In this document: one piece after another, positions 20,969 to 31,900 of the stretch
Numbering within the stretch: position 1 is the first letter of the stretch
How the letters are laid out: the number at the start of each line of letters is the position of its first letter
DNA from: Prevotella sp.
GTDB lineage: Bacteria; Bacteroidota; Bacteroidia; Bacteroidales; Dysgonomonadaceae
Direction: 5' to 3'
Length of the DNA: 64,000 bases
NCBI GenBank assembly: GCA_031285625.1
Contig: JAITVV010000073.1
Coordinates: forward strand, 1-64,000
Program-made: the position numbers and the translations under genes
The notes under the pieces: model-generated
What the model saw: the letters and a program-made list of their open reading frames with translations, nothing else
Database searches by the model: none
Told to the model about the DNA's origin: nothing

Positions 20969-21967
20969 ATGAAATTTATAACATCTGAAAAACTAACAAT
21001 CATTGGCGCTGCCGGTATGATCGGCTCGAATATGGCTCAATCTGCCCTTCTTATGGGGTTATCGTCCAATCTCTGTTTATACGATCCATATGCCATTGGG
21101 CTTGAAGGTGTAGCAGAAGAATTATTGCAATGTGGATTCAGAGGCGCGAATATCACTTATACCAGTAATATGGAGGAAGCCCTGAAAGACAGTAAATATA
21201 TCATTACATCGGGAGGGGCTGCCCGCAAAAAAGACATGACACGGGAAGACCTACTGAAAGGAAATGCCGAAATAGCTATTCAGTGTGGCAAAGACATCCG
21301 TCGATATTGTCCCGGTGTAAAACACGTTGTAGTCATATTTAATCCGGCTGATATAACAGGTCTGTTGGTTTTATTATACTCGGGGTTGAAACCATCGCAG
21401 GTGTCCACCCTTGCTGCACTTGACAGCACACGTTTACGAAACGAATTAGCTAAACACTTCAATATTCATCCCGACAAAGTAGTTAATTGCAGAACATACG
21501 GAGGGCATGGCGAACAAATGGCTGTCTTTTCGTCTACCGCCACTGTTAATGGGAAGCCGTTGGATAGCCTGATAGGTACACCGGCTCTTACTAACGAACA
21601 ATGGGAAAATATCAAGGAGCAGGTAATACAGGGAGGCAAACGGATCATAGAACTGCGGGGACGCTCTTCTTTCCAAAGTCCGGCCTACCTCTCGTTGGAA
21701 ATGATTCAGGCCGTTATGGGCAGTGAAAAGTTTGACTGGCCTGTGGGCTGTTATATTTCCAACGGGGAATTCAACCGCATTATGATGGCAATGGAAACAA
21801 CCTTAAATGCTGATGGGGTACATTACAGGAAAGTCAAAGGAACAGAACAGGAAGAGATCGCTTTGAAGGAGAGCTACCAGCATTTGTGCGATCTGAGAGA
21901 CCAACTTATTGGCTCGGGGATTATCCCTGCTATCAATCAATGGGCAGACATAAATCCAAATTTGTAA
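20969..21967 (+). CDS. mdh: Malate dehydrogenase (LDH/MDH family)
   Basis: IGAAGMIGS, ARKKDMTREDLLKGNA, NPAD, LDSTRL, GGHGE. Confidence 0.9.
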   Translation: MKFITSEKLTIIGAAGMIGSNMAQSALLMGLSSNLCLYDPYAIGLEGVAEELLQCGFRGANITYTSNMEEALKDSKYIITSGGAARKKDMTREDLLKGNAEIAIQCGKDIRRYCPGVKHVVVIFNPADITGLLVLLYSGLKPSQVSTLAALDSTRLRNELAKHFNIHPDKVVNCRTYGGHGEQMAVFSSTATVNGKPLDSLIGTPALTNEQWENIKEQVIQGGKRIIELRGRSSFQSPAYLSLEMIQAVMGSEKFDWPVGCYISNGEFNRIMMAMETTLNADGVHYRKVKGTEQEEIALKESYQHLCDLRDQLIGSGIIPAINQWADINPNL

Positions 21968-22182
21968 TTCATACTGGTCTGCACATATTTCCGCAAAGCG
22001 GTCACGCGTGGAATCGTCATCATCCTCTTTTATCTGTTTAATATATTTATTTATATGATTTTATGAGATGTGTGTGTGATTGAGAAATAAGTCAAGAAAC
22101 AGGAATTCTTGCAAGATGAATTCCCCCCTATATTCTTTTGAAAAAATAACTATACATGCAAGTTGTATGATACTAAATAAAA

Positions 22183-22212
22183 AAAGAGTTACAAAATAAA
22201 TTGTAACTCTTT
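22183..22212 (-). terminator. Terminator hairpin downstream of tRNA-Met
   Basis: AAAGAGTTACAA-N6-TTGTAACTCTTT. Confidence 0.7.
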
Positions 22213-22222
22213 GATTTTCAAG

Positions 22223-22296
22223 TAGCGGGACCGAGAATTGAACTCGGGACCTCATGATTATGAATCATGCGCTCTAACCATCTGAGCTATCCCGCC
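22223..22296 (-). tRNA. tRNA with CAT anticodon, most likely elongator tRNA-Met
   Basis: Reverse complement GGCGGGATAGCTCAGATGGTTAGAGCGCATGATTCATAATCATGAGGTCCCGAGTTCAATTCTCGGTCCCGCTA; lacks the initiator GGG/CCC anticodon stem. Confidence 0.93.
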
Positions 22297-22510
22297 ATCA
22301 TCACATTAGCGGGTGCAAAAATAGAAGATTATTTTTGATAATACAAGTATCAGTCTCGAAAATAATTAAAATAGTTGCAAACTAATTCGGAATACTCTCA
22401 TACACAAAGGATAATTAACTAATAAAATTTAAGAATAATATCTTTCACTCGAATATTACTCTCCACATTTTTCTTTTTACTACTTTTGTACTCAATTTGG
22501 TTAATAGTTA

Positions 22511-24574
22511 ATGCTAAAAATAAAGAGGTTATATACATTCATTATTCAAACATTCCTACCCATCTTTATGATGACGTTCGGGATATGTTTGTTTATTGTA
22601 TTAATGCAGTTCCTATGGAAATTTGTAGAGGATCTTGTAGGTAAGGGACTCGATAATATCGTTCTTGCAGAACTCTTTATATATGCAATGTTAAGCCTTA
22701 TACCTTTAGCATTACCTTTAGCACTATTGTTAGCTTCTCTTATGGCTTTTGGAAACCTAGGAGAACGATTGGAATTATTAGCAATAAAGGCTTCTGGAGT
22801 TTCTTTATTGAAAACGATGAAACCACTTATTATTCTGGTTGCATTTGTTTCCATAGGAGCATTTTTCTTTCAGAATGAGGCTATGCCACGTATTCAGGTT
22901 AAGCTTAGATCTTTGATGATCTCTATCAGGCAAAAATCGCCCGAACTGGATATTCCTGAAGGATCTTTCTATAGTGGTATTACAAATTACAGTCTGTATG
23001 TAAAGAAAAAAGATCCGAAAACCAGGATATTAAAAGATGTCATAATATATGATACATCGGATGGATTTGACAATATGTCGGTATTCGTTTGTGATTCGGC
23101 ACTAATGAACGTATCTGCAAACAAAGACTTCCTACTTTTGAATTTGTATACTGGGCAACGTTTTGCTAATTTCCGCCAATCAGGACTGGAAGACACACGC
23201 CGTACCAATCGGTTTGTGCCGTACAGTAGAGAGAATTTTAAAGAAAAAAAGATTATTATACCATTTAATACCGGATTTGATAGAATGGATGAGTCTAACC
23301 TCGAAGGTACTCAAATATCCAAAAATATTGTACAACTAGGTTCTTCAATAGACTCATTAGGAAACCGGCTTGATAGTATAAATGTTCATGACCGGAGAAT
23401 AATAGGAACACATACATATTTGACATATCGTAATGCTGAATCTTATGTTAAATCAAAGAATAAAACAGATAGTATTAACAAATTATCCCAAGACAATCCA
23501 AGGAAAGATCACATTTCAACTAAAATTGACTTTGATTCATTATTAGCGACCTATAGTGCTGATGAACTGTCCCGATATATGAGTTCTGCAGCCAGCGATG
23601 CCGATGGAAGCAGATTCAATATAATGGAAACAACCCAAAAAGTGAATTTGCAGAAAAACATAAGGATGCACAAGGTAGAATGGCATCGTAAGTTTGTACT
23701 ATCCTTTGCCTGCCTAATTTTTTTCTTCATAGGTGCACCCCTTGGAGCTATTATACGAAAAGGCGGGCTTGGTATGCCGGTTGTTGTTTCTGTCTTGTTA
23801 TTTATCGTTTACTATATAATAGATAATGTTGGGTATAAGATGGCTCGCGATGGAGTATGGGAGGTATGGCAAGGTATGTGGCTAAGTTCGTTTGCTCTAT
23901 TCCCTTTAGGAGTATTCCTTACCTATAAAGCGATGAATGACTCTGCATTATTCAATCCTGAGGCATATGGTAAATTCTTTAATAAAATATTATTTATCAA
24001 AACTCCACCCAAATTAACCGATGCTCAAAGAGAAGAAATGGTACAAAAAATACCTTCTCTTTCAAGCTTATCTCTCGAACCAGAAGTTACTAATGGGTTA
24101 AAGGCTATGGATAGCGACAAGCTAAGAAATATCGTTGATAATTACAAAGAATTTAATTATAACCAAACTATGCAACTCGCAGCCTTAAGCATCCTCAAGG
24201 AGCGGGAAGCAGATCTTAGCGATATAACTAACAAACAAGACCGGAAATCTTCTGAGGAGCTTATGAGTCTATTTGAAAAGAGTTCATTGCTTACAGGGAT
24301 AGGTTACCTTTTATTTATTATTCTATACTTAATTAGTAACTTTACCATACTGGACTTACTACCAGATAAGATTCTGATTATATACATTATATTATATATC
24401 AGATCGTTTATCTATTACTTTACATTCTGTGAAAGGACTGAAAAGAAATCAAAAAAATATCAGGCATTTGTTATGATATTATCACTTGCCTGTTACCCAT
24501 TAGGATATTTCCTTATGAAAAAAAAAATGAAAAATGATTTGGAAAATATCGAAATAATATCATACCTAAAATAA
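22511..24574 (+). CDS. LptF/LptG family LPS export permease with C-terminal extension
   Basis: LVGKGL, FGNLGERLELLAIKASG, EWHRKF, GAPLGAIIRKGG. Confidence 0.9.
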   Translation: MLKIKRLYTFIIQTFLPIFMMTFGICLFIVLMQFLWKFVEDLVGKGLDNIVLAELFIYAMLSLIPLALPLALLLASLMAFGNLGERLELLAIKASGVSLLKTMKPLIILVAFVSIGAFFFQNEAMPRIQVKLRSLMISIRQKSPELDIPEGSFYSGITNYSLYVKKKDPKTRILKDVIIYDTSDGFDNMSVFVCDSALMNVSANKDFLLLNLYTGQRFANFRQSGLEDTRRTNRFVPYSRENFKEKKIIIPFNTGFDRMDESNLEGTQISKNIVQLGSSIDSLGNRLDSINVHDRRIIGTHTYLTYRNAESYVKSKNKTDSINKLSQDNPRKDHISTKIDFDSLLATYSADELSRYMSSAASDADGSRFNIMETTQKVNLQKNIRMHKVEWHRKFVLSFACLIFFFIGAPLGAIIRKGGLGMPVVVSVLLFIVYYIIDNVGYKMARDGVWEVWQGMWLSSFALFPLGVFLTYKAMNDSALFNPEAYGKFFNKILFIKTPPKLTDAQREEMVQKIPSLSSLSLEPEVTNGLKAMDSDKLRNIVDNYKEFNYNQTMQLAALSILKEREADLSDITNKQDRKSSEELMSLFEKSSLLTGIGYLLFIILYLISNFTILDLLPDKILIIYIILYIRSFIYYFTFCERTEKKSKKYQAFVMILSLACYPLGYFLMKKKMKNDLENIEIISYLK

Positions 24575-24586
24575 CATAACATAAAT

Positions 24587-25804
24587 ATGGACAGAATAAA
24601 GCTGGACACAGTAGAAGAAGCAATTGATGAAATTAGAAAAGGAAATTTCGTGATTGTTGTAGATGATGAAGATCGTGAAAACGAAGGTGACCTTATTATT
24701 GCTGCTGAAGCAATAACTCCTGAAAAAGTAAACTTCATGGAAACTCATGCAAGAGGTCTTATCTGCGCTCCATTAACGGCTGAAAGATGTGAAGAACTGG
24801 ATCTCCCGATGATGGTGACTCATAATACATCAACACATGCTACCCCATTTACAGTATCGATAGATCTATTGAAAAATGGTGTTACTACAGGAATATCAGC
24901 ATACGACAGGGCTCAGACAATATTAGCTCTAACAAGAAAAGATACAAAACCAGAAGACTTCGGGCGTCCAGGACATATTTTCCCGCTGAAAGCTAAAGAC
25001 AAAGGGGTACTTAGCCGCATAGGACATACAGAAGCAGCAGTAGATCTTGCACGCCTTGCCGGACTTTATCCTGCTGGTGTACTAATAGAAATAAAGAAAG
25101 AAGACGGAGAAATGGCCCGCCTTCCGGAGTTACGGGAGATGGCAAACGAATATAATCTCAAATTGATATCTGTAGCTGACCTTATTCGTTACAGACTGGA
25201 AAGAGAATCCCTTATAGAGAAAGGGGCTGAAGTAAAAATGCCAACTGTCTATGGAGATTTTCATTTAATACCATTCAAGCAAAAAGCAACCGGGCTTGAA
25301 CATGTTGCTCTCATTAAAGGTACATGGCAAAAAGATGAACCGATATTAGTGCGTGTACATTCTTCATGTGTCACTGGAGATATATTCGGATCGAAACGCT
25401 GCGAATGTGGAGAACAATTACACAAATCGATGCAAATGATCCAGGATGCAGGCAAAGGCATTATCGTATACCTCAATCAGGAAGGTAGAGGTATCGGTCT
25501 TATGGCTAAAATGGAAGCATATAAATTACAGGAAGAAGGTTACGATACGGTAGATGCCAACCTTCACTTAGGCTATCGTGCTGACGAACGCGATTATGGC
25601 GTTGGAGCAGCAATATTAAGAGACCTGGAAGTGAGTAAGATGCGACTTCTAACCAATAATCCTGTTAAGAGAAAAGGACTTGAATCGTTTGGTCTTACTG
25701 TGATCGAAAATGTTCCGATTGAAGTTACTCCCAATAAATATAATACGTTCTATATGAAGACAAAAAAAGAACGTATGGGGCATGATTTACACAATGTGGA
25801 TTAA
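24587..25804 (+). CDS. ribBA: Bifunctional DHBP synthase / GTP cyclohydrolase II
   Basis: [59 protein letters not shown]. Confidence 0.97.
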   Translation: MDRIKLDTVEEAIDEIRKGNFVIVVDDEDRENEGDLIIAAEAITPEKVNFMETHARGLICAPLTAERCEELDLPMMVTHNTSTHATPFTVSIDLLKNGVTTGISAYDRAQTILALTRKDTKPEDFGRPGHIFPLKAKDKGVLSRIGHTEAAVDLARLAGLYPAGVLIEIKKEDGEMARLPELREMANEYNLKLISVADLIRYRLERESLIEKGAEVKMPTVYGDFHLIPFKQKATGLEHVALIKGTWQKDEPILVRVHSSCVTGDIFGSKRCECGEQLHKSMQMIQDAGKGIIVYLNQEGRGIGLMAKMEAYKLQEEGYDTVDANLHLGYRADERDYGVGAAILRDLEVSKMRLLTNNPVKRKGLESFGLTVIENVPIEVTPNKYNTFYMKTKKERMGHDLHNVD

Positions 25805-25809
25805 CAGAA

Positions 25810-26415
25810 ATGGTAAAAACTGAAATTGAAGAGAAGTTTGATTATCTGGTTTCAAAGGTCATTTGGCCTCATTTCAAACCGCTGGGTTATAAAAAATCCG
25901 GTAACAATTTCCGTTTTTATGATGATACTAACGAATGGGGTAAAATTGTAAACTTTCAGAAAAGTATGTATTACAACAAAGAGCATATCCATTTCACAAT
26001 AAATATAGGGCTCTTTTTGAATGACACTTATCTTAATTTTGGAAAACCTCCTGGTAATAAGTTCACTGAACCTTCTTGTGTGATAAGGAACAGGATAGGA
26101 GACCTAATGAATACCAAAGATACCTGGTATGACCTGACTCCTGAAACAGATATAGAAAATTTCAGTGAAAATATAGAAACTATTTTCAAGAAATACATTC
26201 TCTCATATCTCAATAAGTATAAATCGAAACAAGATATTTTCTTTGCTCTTACTCAAAAGATTAGATATTCTGTTAATGAACTGGAATGTCTGTTCTACAA
26301 TGGATATAAGAAACAAGCATTAGACGCTCTTGAAAAAGAATTAAAAGGAGCAAAAAATGAACATTATATTCAAAATTTATTAAAAACAAAAAACGAATTC
26401 TTAAACAATCAATAA
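25810..26415 (+). CDS. DUF4304-like hypothetical protein
   Basis: PHFKPLGYKKSGNNF...VNFQKS...FTINIG...R.RIG.L pattern. Confidence 0.65.
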   Translation: MVKTEIEEKFDYLVSKVIWPHFKPLGYKKSGNNFRFYDDTNEWGKIVNFQKSMYYNKEHIHFTINIGLFLNDTYLNFGKPPGNKFTEPSCVIRNRIGDLMNTKDTWYDLTPETDIENFSENIETIFKKYILSYLNKYKSKQDIFFALTQKIRYSVNELECLFYNGYKKQALDALEKELKGAKNEHYIQNLLKTKNEFLNNQ

Positions 26416-26436
26416 TAATTCTAAAAACGATCGGTA

Positions 26437-27630
26437 ATGGCACAAGTATCAGCACGCATAGCGAATCTGGCTATATCAGAAACCTTGGCTATGTCTCAAA
26501 AAAGCAATGAGCTCAAAGCACAGGGAATCAATGTAATTAATCTAAGTGTAGGAGAACCTGATTTTTTTACACCTGATCATATCAAAGAAGCTGCAAAGAA
26601 AGCTATTGACGACAATTTCTCTTTTTATTCTCCAGTTCCCGGATATATGTCATTACGACAAGCAATATCTAGAAAATTAGAAACTGAGAATGGACTTAGT
26701 TTCAAACCTGAGCAGATCATTTGTTCTGGAGGAGCCAAGCAAGCAGTATGTAATGCTGTATTAAGTGTTGTTGATCCGGGTGACCAAGTGATAATTCCGG
26801 CTCCATGCTGGGTTAGCTATATAGAGATGGTTAAGCTTGCTGAAGGAGAGAGTTATGTAATCCATACCAATATTGAACAGGATTTTAAAATAACTCCTGA
26901 AGAATTGGAAGCCGCTATTAACCCCAAAACTAAAGCAATCATTCTTTGTGCACCATCAAATCCAACCGGAAGTGTTTATAGCAGAGAAGAGCTTAAAGCT
27001 TTGGCTGATGTCTTAGCCAAATATCCAAATATAATTATTATCTCAGATGAGATTTACGAGCATATCAACTATGTTGGCAAACATGAAAGTATTGCCCAAT
27101 TCGAAAATGTTAAAGAGCGTGTAGTTATAGTAAATGGTGTATCCAAAGCTTATGCTATGACAGGATGGCGTTTAGGATGGATGGCTGCTCCACAATGGGT
27201 TGTTGCTGCTTGTAATAAACTACAAGGGCAATACACTTCCGGAGCATCTTCAATATCACAGAAGGCAGCCGAAGCAGCATATAATGGTGATCAACGATGT
27301 GTGGAGGAAATGCGTCAGGCATTTATGCGCCGTAGAGATCTCATCGTCAAACTTGCATCTGATATAGAAGGATTTAAAGTAAATAAGCCTGAGGGAGCAT
27401 TTTATCTATTCCCAGAGTGCAGCTACTATTTTGGAAAGTCATATGATGGAAGAACAATTAATTCATCCGCCGATTTAGCAATGTTCCTATTAGAAGTAGG
27501 TCATGTAGCTTGTGTAGGTGGTTTGGCATTTGAAGCTCCAAACTATATTCGTTTCTCATATGCGACTTCTGATGAAAATATTGTTGAAGCAATGAGGCGT
27601 GTAAAAGAGAGTCTTGCCAAATTGAAATAA
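26437..27630 (+). CDS. aspC: Class I/II PLP aminotransferase (aspartate aminotransferase)
   Basis: LSVGEPDF, PSNPTG, SDEIY, GVSKAYAMTGWRLG, IRFSYA. Confidence 0.9.
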   Translation: MAQVSARIANLAISETLAMSQKSNELKAQGINVINLSVGEPDFFTPDHIKEAAKKAIDDNFSFYSPVPGYMSLRQAISRKLETENGLSFKPEQIICSGGAKQAVCNAVLSVVDPGDQVIIPAPCWVSYIEMVKLAEGESYVIHTNIEQDFKITPEELEAAINPKTKAIILCAPSNPTGSVYSREELKALADVLAKYPNIIIISDEIYEHINYVGKHESIAQFENVKERVVIVNGVSKAYAMTGWRLGWMAAPQWVVAACNKLQGQYTSGASSISQKAAEAAYNGDQRCVEEMRQAFMRRRDLIVKLASDIEGFKVNKPEGAFYLFPECSYYFGKSYDGRTINSSADLAMFLLEVGHVACVGGLAFEAPNYIRFSYATSDENIVEAMRRVKESLAKLK

Positions 27631-27676
27631 TTTTCAATATTTAGAATAATTAAAGCTATAATATCATTTTTATTCC

Positions 27677-27684
27677 TATCTTTG
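27677..27684 (+). promoter_or_regulatory. Sigma-70 -7 element upstream of the carA leader
   Basis: TATCTTTG followed by CACC. Confidence 0.6.
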
Positions 27685-27767
27685 CACCTCAGATATTCAT
27701 ACGAGAATTTGAAATTTTGAGTATTTGAGAAATGAGAAAAAAGAAGATAAGACATTTATTATAAACT

Positions 27768-27807
27768 AAAAGGAACAGATATTTTAATATCCCGTTCCTT
27801 TTTTTTT
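27768..27807 (+). terminator. Intrinsic terminator between aspC and carA
   Basis: AAGGAAC(a)GATATT-tt-AATATC(cc)GTTCCTT followed by a long T run. Confidence 0.75.
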
Positions 27808-27851
27808 AACTTTGTAAATAGCATAATTACTCACACCTTTAATATTAGATA

Positions 27852-28922
27852 ATGTATTCAGACAAACCAGTTCAACTAATTCTTGATGATGGAACAATTT
27901 TCGAAGGTAAATCTTTTGGTTCGGAAACAGCCAAGGCCGGAGAAGTTGTGTTCAGCACCGCGATGGTAGGTTATACCGAAAGCCTTACCGACCCTTCTTA
28001 TCTCGGACAGATCCTAGTTATAACATTTCCACTTGTGGGCAACTATGGTGTACCAGAGGACACTTTTGCGAATGGAATCTCAAATTTCTATGAATCAGAA
28101 AAAGTACAAGTGAGCGGTCTTATTGTATCAGACTATTCCCACGAATATTCTCACTGGAATGCTAAGAAAAGTCTTGGAGACTGGTTAAAGGAACATGATG
28201 TACCCGGAATTTATGGGATTGATACACGTGAACTGACTAAAATCCTGCGTGAGAAAGGCTCTATGAAAGGTAAAATTGTATTCAAAGATACAAATGAAGT
28301 AGATTTTTACGATCCCAACATTGAAAATCAAGTAGCAAAAGCTAGTTGCAAAGAGGTACTTACATACGGTAACGGAGAAAAGAAAGTCCTTTTAGTAGAT
28401 TGTGGAGTAAAACATAATATCATTCGCAGCCTGTTGAAAAGGAACGTTACCATAATACGGGTACCTTGGGATTATGATTTTAATCAACTGGAATGGGATG
28501 GACTATTTATTTCAAATGGGCCCGGAAACCCCGACTTCTGTGAAGAAACAGTAAAGAATATACGCAAGGCGATGGAAGGTAATAAACCTATTTGTGGTAT
28601 CTGTATGGGAAATCAATTGCTTTCAAAAGCCGGAGGAGCAACAATATATAAATTGAAATATGGCCATCGCAGCCATAATCAGCCGGTAAAGATGGTTGAT
28701 TCCCCTAAATGTTTCATTACATCGCAGAATCATGGTTTTGCCGTAGCAAATGCATCATTAGGTTCTGACTGGGAACCATTATTCATCAACTTGAATGATG
28801 GCACAAATGAAGGTATCAAGCATAAAACAAAACCGTTTTTCTCGGCACAGTTCCATCCTGAAGCTTCAAGCGGACCAACAGACACAGGTTTCTTATTTGA
28901 TTTATTTGTAGAAAAATTATAA
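27852..28922 (+). CDS. carA: Carbamoyl-phosphate synthase small subunit
   Basis: GEVVFSTAMVGY, LTDPSY, SNGPGNP, GICMGNQ, TSQNHGF, QFHPEA. Confidence 0.98.
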   Translation: MYSDKPVQLILDDGTIFEGKSFGSETAKAGEVVFSTAMVGYTESLTDPSYLGQILVITFPLVGNYGVPEDTFANGISNFYESEKVQVSGLIVSDYSHEYSHWNAKKSLGDWLKEHDVPGIYGIDTRELTKILREKGSMKGKIVFKDTNEVDFYDPNIENQVAKASCKEVLTYGNGEKKVLLVDCGVKHNIIRSLLKRNVTIIRVPWDYDFNQLEWDGLFISNGPGNPDFCEETVKNIRKAMEGNKPICGICMGNQLLSKAGGATIYKLKYGHRSHNQPVKMVDSPKCFITSQNHGFAVANASLGSDWEPLFINLNDGTNEGIKHKTKPFFSAQFHPEASSGPTDTGFLFDLFVEKL

Positions 28923-28946
28923 TCCACCATATAAAAAGTAGCATAA

Positions 28947-31900
28947 ATGGATATAAATATAAAAAAAGTATTAGTTCTTGGTTCGGGAGCTCTAAAGATT
29001 GGTGAAGCCGGTGAGTTCGACTACTCCGGGTCTCAAGCTCTAAAAGCACTAAAAGAAGAAGGAATAGAAACGGTACTTATCAACCCCAATATTGCAACGG
29101 TACAAACTTCTGAAGGTAGTGCCGATAAAATATACTTCCTGCCTATCACCCCATATTTTGTAGAAAAGGTAATCAAGAAGGAGAAACCTGATGGATTACT
29201 TCTTGCATTTGGAGGACAAACAGCTCTAAACTGTGGTGTACAACTATACGAAACTGGTATATTAGAAAAATACAATCTGCGTGTGTTAGGTACTCCTGTA
29301 CAAGCTATTATGGATACAGAAGACCGTGAGCTCTTCATTAAGAAACTAGACCAGATAGATGTTAAAACAATAAAAAGCCATGCAGTAGGCACAATAGAAG
29401 ATGCGGTGACGGCTGCGGCAGAGCTTGGTTATCCGATCATCATACGTGCAGCCTATGCTTTGGGAGGTTTAGGTTCGGGTTTTTGCGACAATGAACAAGA
29501 ATTACGGGTGCTAGCTGAAAAAGCACTCTCCTATTCATCTCAACTTCTGGTAGAAAAATCACTGAAAGGTTGGAAAGAAATAGAGTACGAAGTAGTACGC
29601 GACAAATATGACAACTGTATGACAGTGTGTAATATGGAAAATTTCGACCCGCTTGGAATCCATACAGGAGAGAGTATTGTGGTTGCTCCATCTCAGACAC
29701 TGACAAACGATGAATTTCATAAATTACGTGAACTTTCAATCCGCATAGTAAAACATATTGGTATCGTGGGTGAATGTAACGTACAATTTGCCTTTGATAC
29801 AGAATCGGAAGATTACCGTGTAATCGAAGTAAATGCACGGTTAAGCCGTTCATCGGCCTTAGCTTCCAAAGCAACTGGTTATCCGCTAGCTTTTGTAGCT
29901 GCTAAGTTAGGCTTGGGATATGGATTATATGAATTGAAAAATTCAGTAACGAAGTCAACCTGTGCTTTCTTCGAACCGGCACTGGATTATGTAGTTGTAA
30001 AAATTCCACGCTGGGACCTTGGTAAATTCCATGGTGTTTCTAAAGAAATTGGATCCAGCATGAAATCTGTCGGCGAAATTATGGCTATTGGCCGTTCTTT
30101 CGAAGAGACAATACAGAAAGGCCTCCGTATGATAAATATTGGCATGCACGGATTTGCCGCCAATAAGCCATTAGAAGTAGACAATCTGGACGAAGCTCTA
30201 AGAAATCCAACTGATAAGCGCATCTTCTGCATAGAAGAGGCTTTCAAAAGAGGCTATACTGTAGATCAGATCTACGACCTGACCAAGATAGATCGCTGGT
30301 TTTTACAGAAATTGCAATATATCTATGAATGCTCAAAGGAACTAGAAAAATTTGATGATATACAATCACTTCCTCTGGATCTTCTTCGTACTGCTAAACA
30401 GATGGGATTCTCAGATTTCCAGATAGCTAAAATAGTATGTAAAGAGCCAAGCCTGATTGAAACTGTTCAGCACGATGTACGCCGCATTCGTAAGAGTAAC
30501 GGAATTGTACCATGTGTAAAGCAAATAGATACACTTGCGGCTGAATATCCGGCGCAAACAAATTATCTCTATATAACGTATAATGGTCACGAAAACGATG
30601 TAAAATATCTGGGCGACCACAAATCTGTTATTGTACTCGGGTCGGGTGCATACCGCATTGGATCTTCGGTCGAATTTGACTGGTGTTCGGTGAATGCGTT
30701 GCAGACAGTACGTAAAGAAGGCTATCGTTCGGTTATGATAAACTACAACCCGGAGACAGTATCTACGGACTATGATATGTGTGACCGCCTATACTTCGAC
30801 GAATTGACCTACGAACGTGTCATGGACATTATCGAATTGGAAAATCCTCATGGAGTGATTCTTTCAGTAGGTGGACAAATTCCAAATAACTTAGCCATCA
30901 GATTGGATCAGGCAAAGGTTAATATACTAGGAACAACAGCTAAGAATATCGATAATGCGGAAGACCGTCATAAGTTTTCCAGTATGCTCGATAGGATTGG
31001 TGTAGATCAACCGCGCTGGAAAGAATTGACATCACTACAAGATATCAAAGGATTTGTAGACGAAGTTGGTTATCCGGTATTGATCCGTCCATCTTATGTG
31101 TTATCCGGCGCAGCAATGAATGTTTGCTCGAATGATGATGAATTAGAAAACTTCCTGGGACTGGCAGCAGAAGTTTCGAAGAAACATCCTGTAGTTGTCA
31201 GTGAATTTGTAGAGAATGCTAAAGAAATCGAAATAGATGCGGTAGCTAATAAGGGGGAAATAGTAATGTATGCCATCTCAGAGCATGTGGAATTTGCAGG
31301 TGTTCACTCAGGAGATGCAACAATACAGTTCCCTGCTCAGCGCTTATATATTGAGACTGTTAGGCGTATCAAGAAGGTTGCCAGACAGGTAGCACACGAA
31401 TTACAGATCTCAGGACCGTTCAACATGCAATTCTTAGCAAAAGATAATGATATAAAGGTTATCGAATGTAATCTGCGGGCATCACGTTCATTCCCATTTG
31501 TATCTAAGGTATTGAAAATAAACTTTATCGATCTGGCCACTCAGGTAATGCTAGGAAAAAATGTTGAGAAGCCGAATAAGAATGATTTTGACCTTGATTA
31601 TGTAGGTATCAAAGCATCTCAATTCTCATTCTCACGTCTTCAGAAAGCAGACCCTGTACTAGGCGTAGATATGGCATCGACGGGAGAAGTTGGTTGTATC
31701 GGAGATAATTTTTATGATGCAATGCTTAAGTCAATGTTATCAGTAGGATATAAAATACCTAAAAAGACTGTACTATTCTCTACCGGACCAACTAAGTCTA
31801 AGGTAGAACTTTTACAAGCAGCTAAGCTACTACACCAGAAAGGATATGAACTGTATGCGACAGGAGGATCTCAGAAATTTCTGGTAGAAAACGGCATTCC

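Noticed and set aside
22061-22255. 64-aa ORF overlapping tRNA-Met
   Set aside because: Starts inside the tRNA gene and crosses its terminator; spurious.
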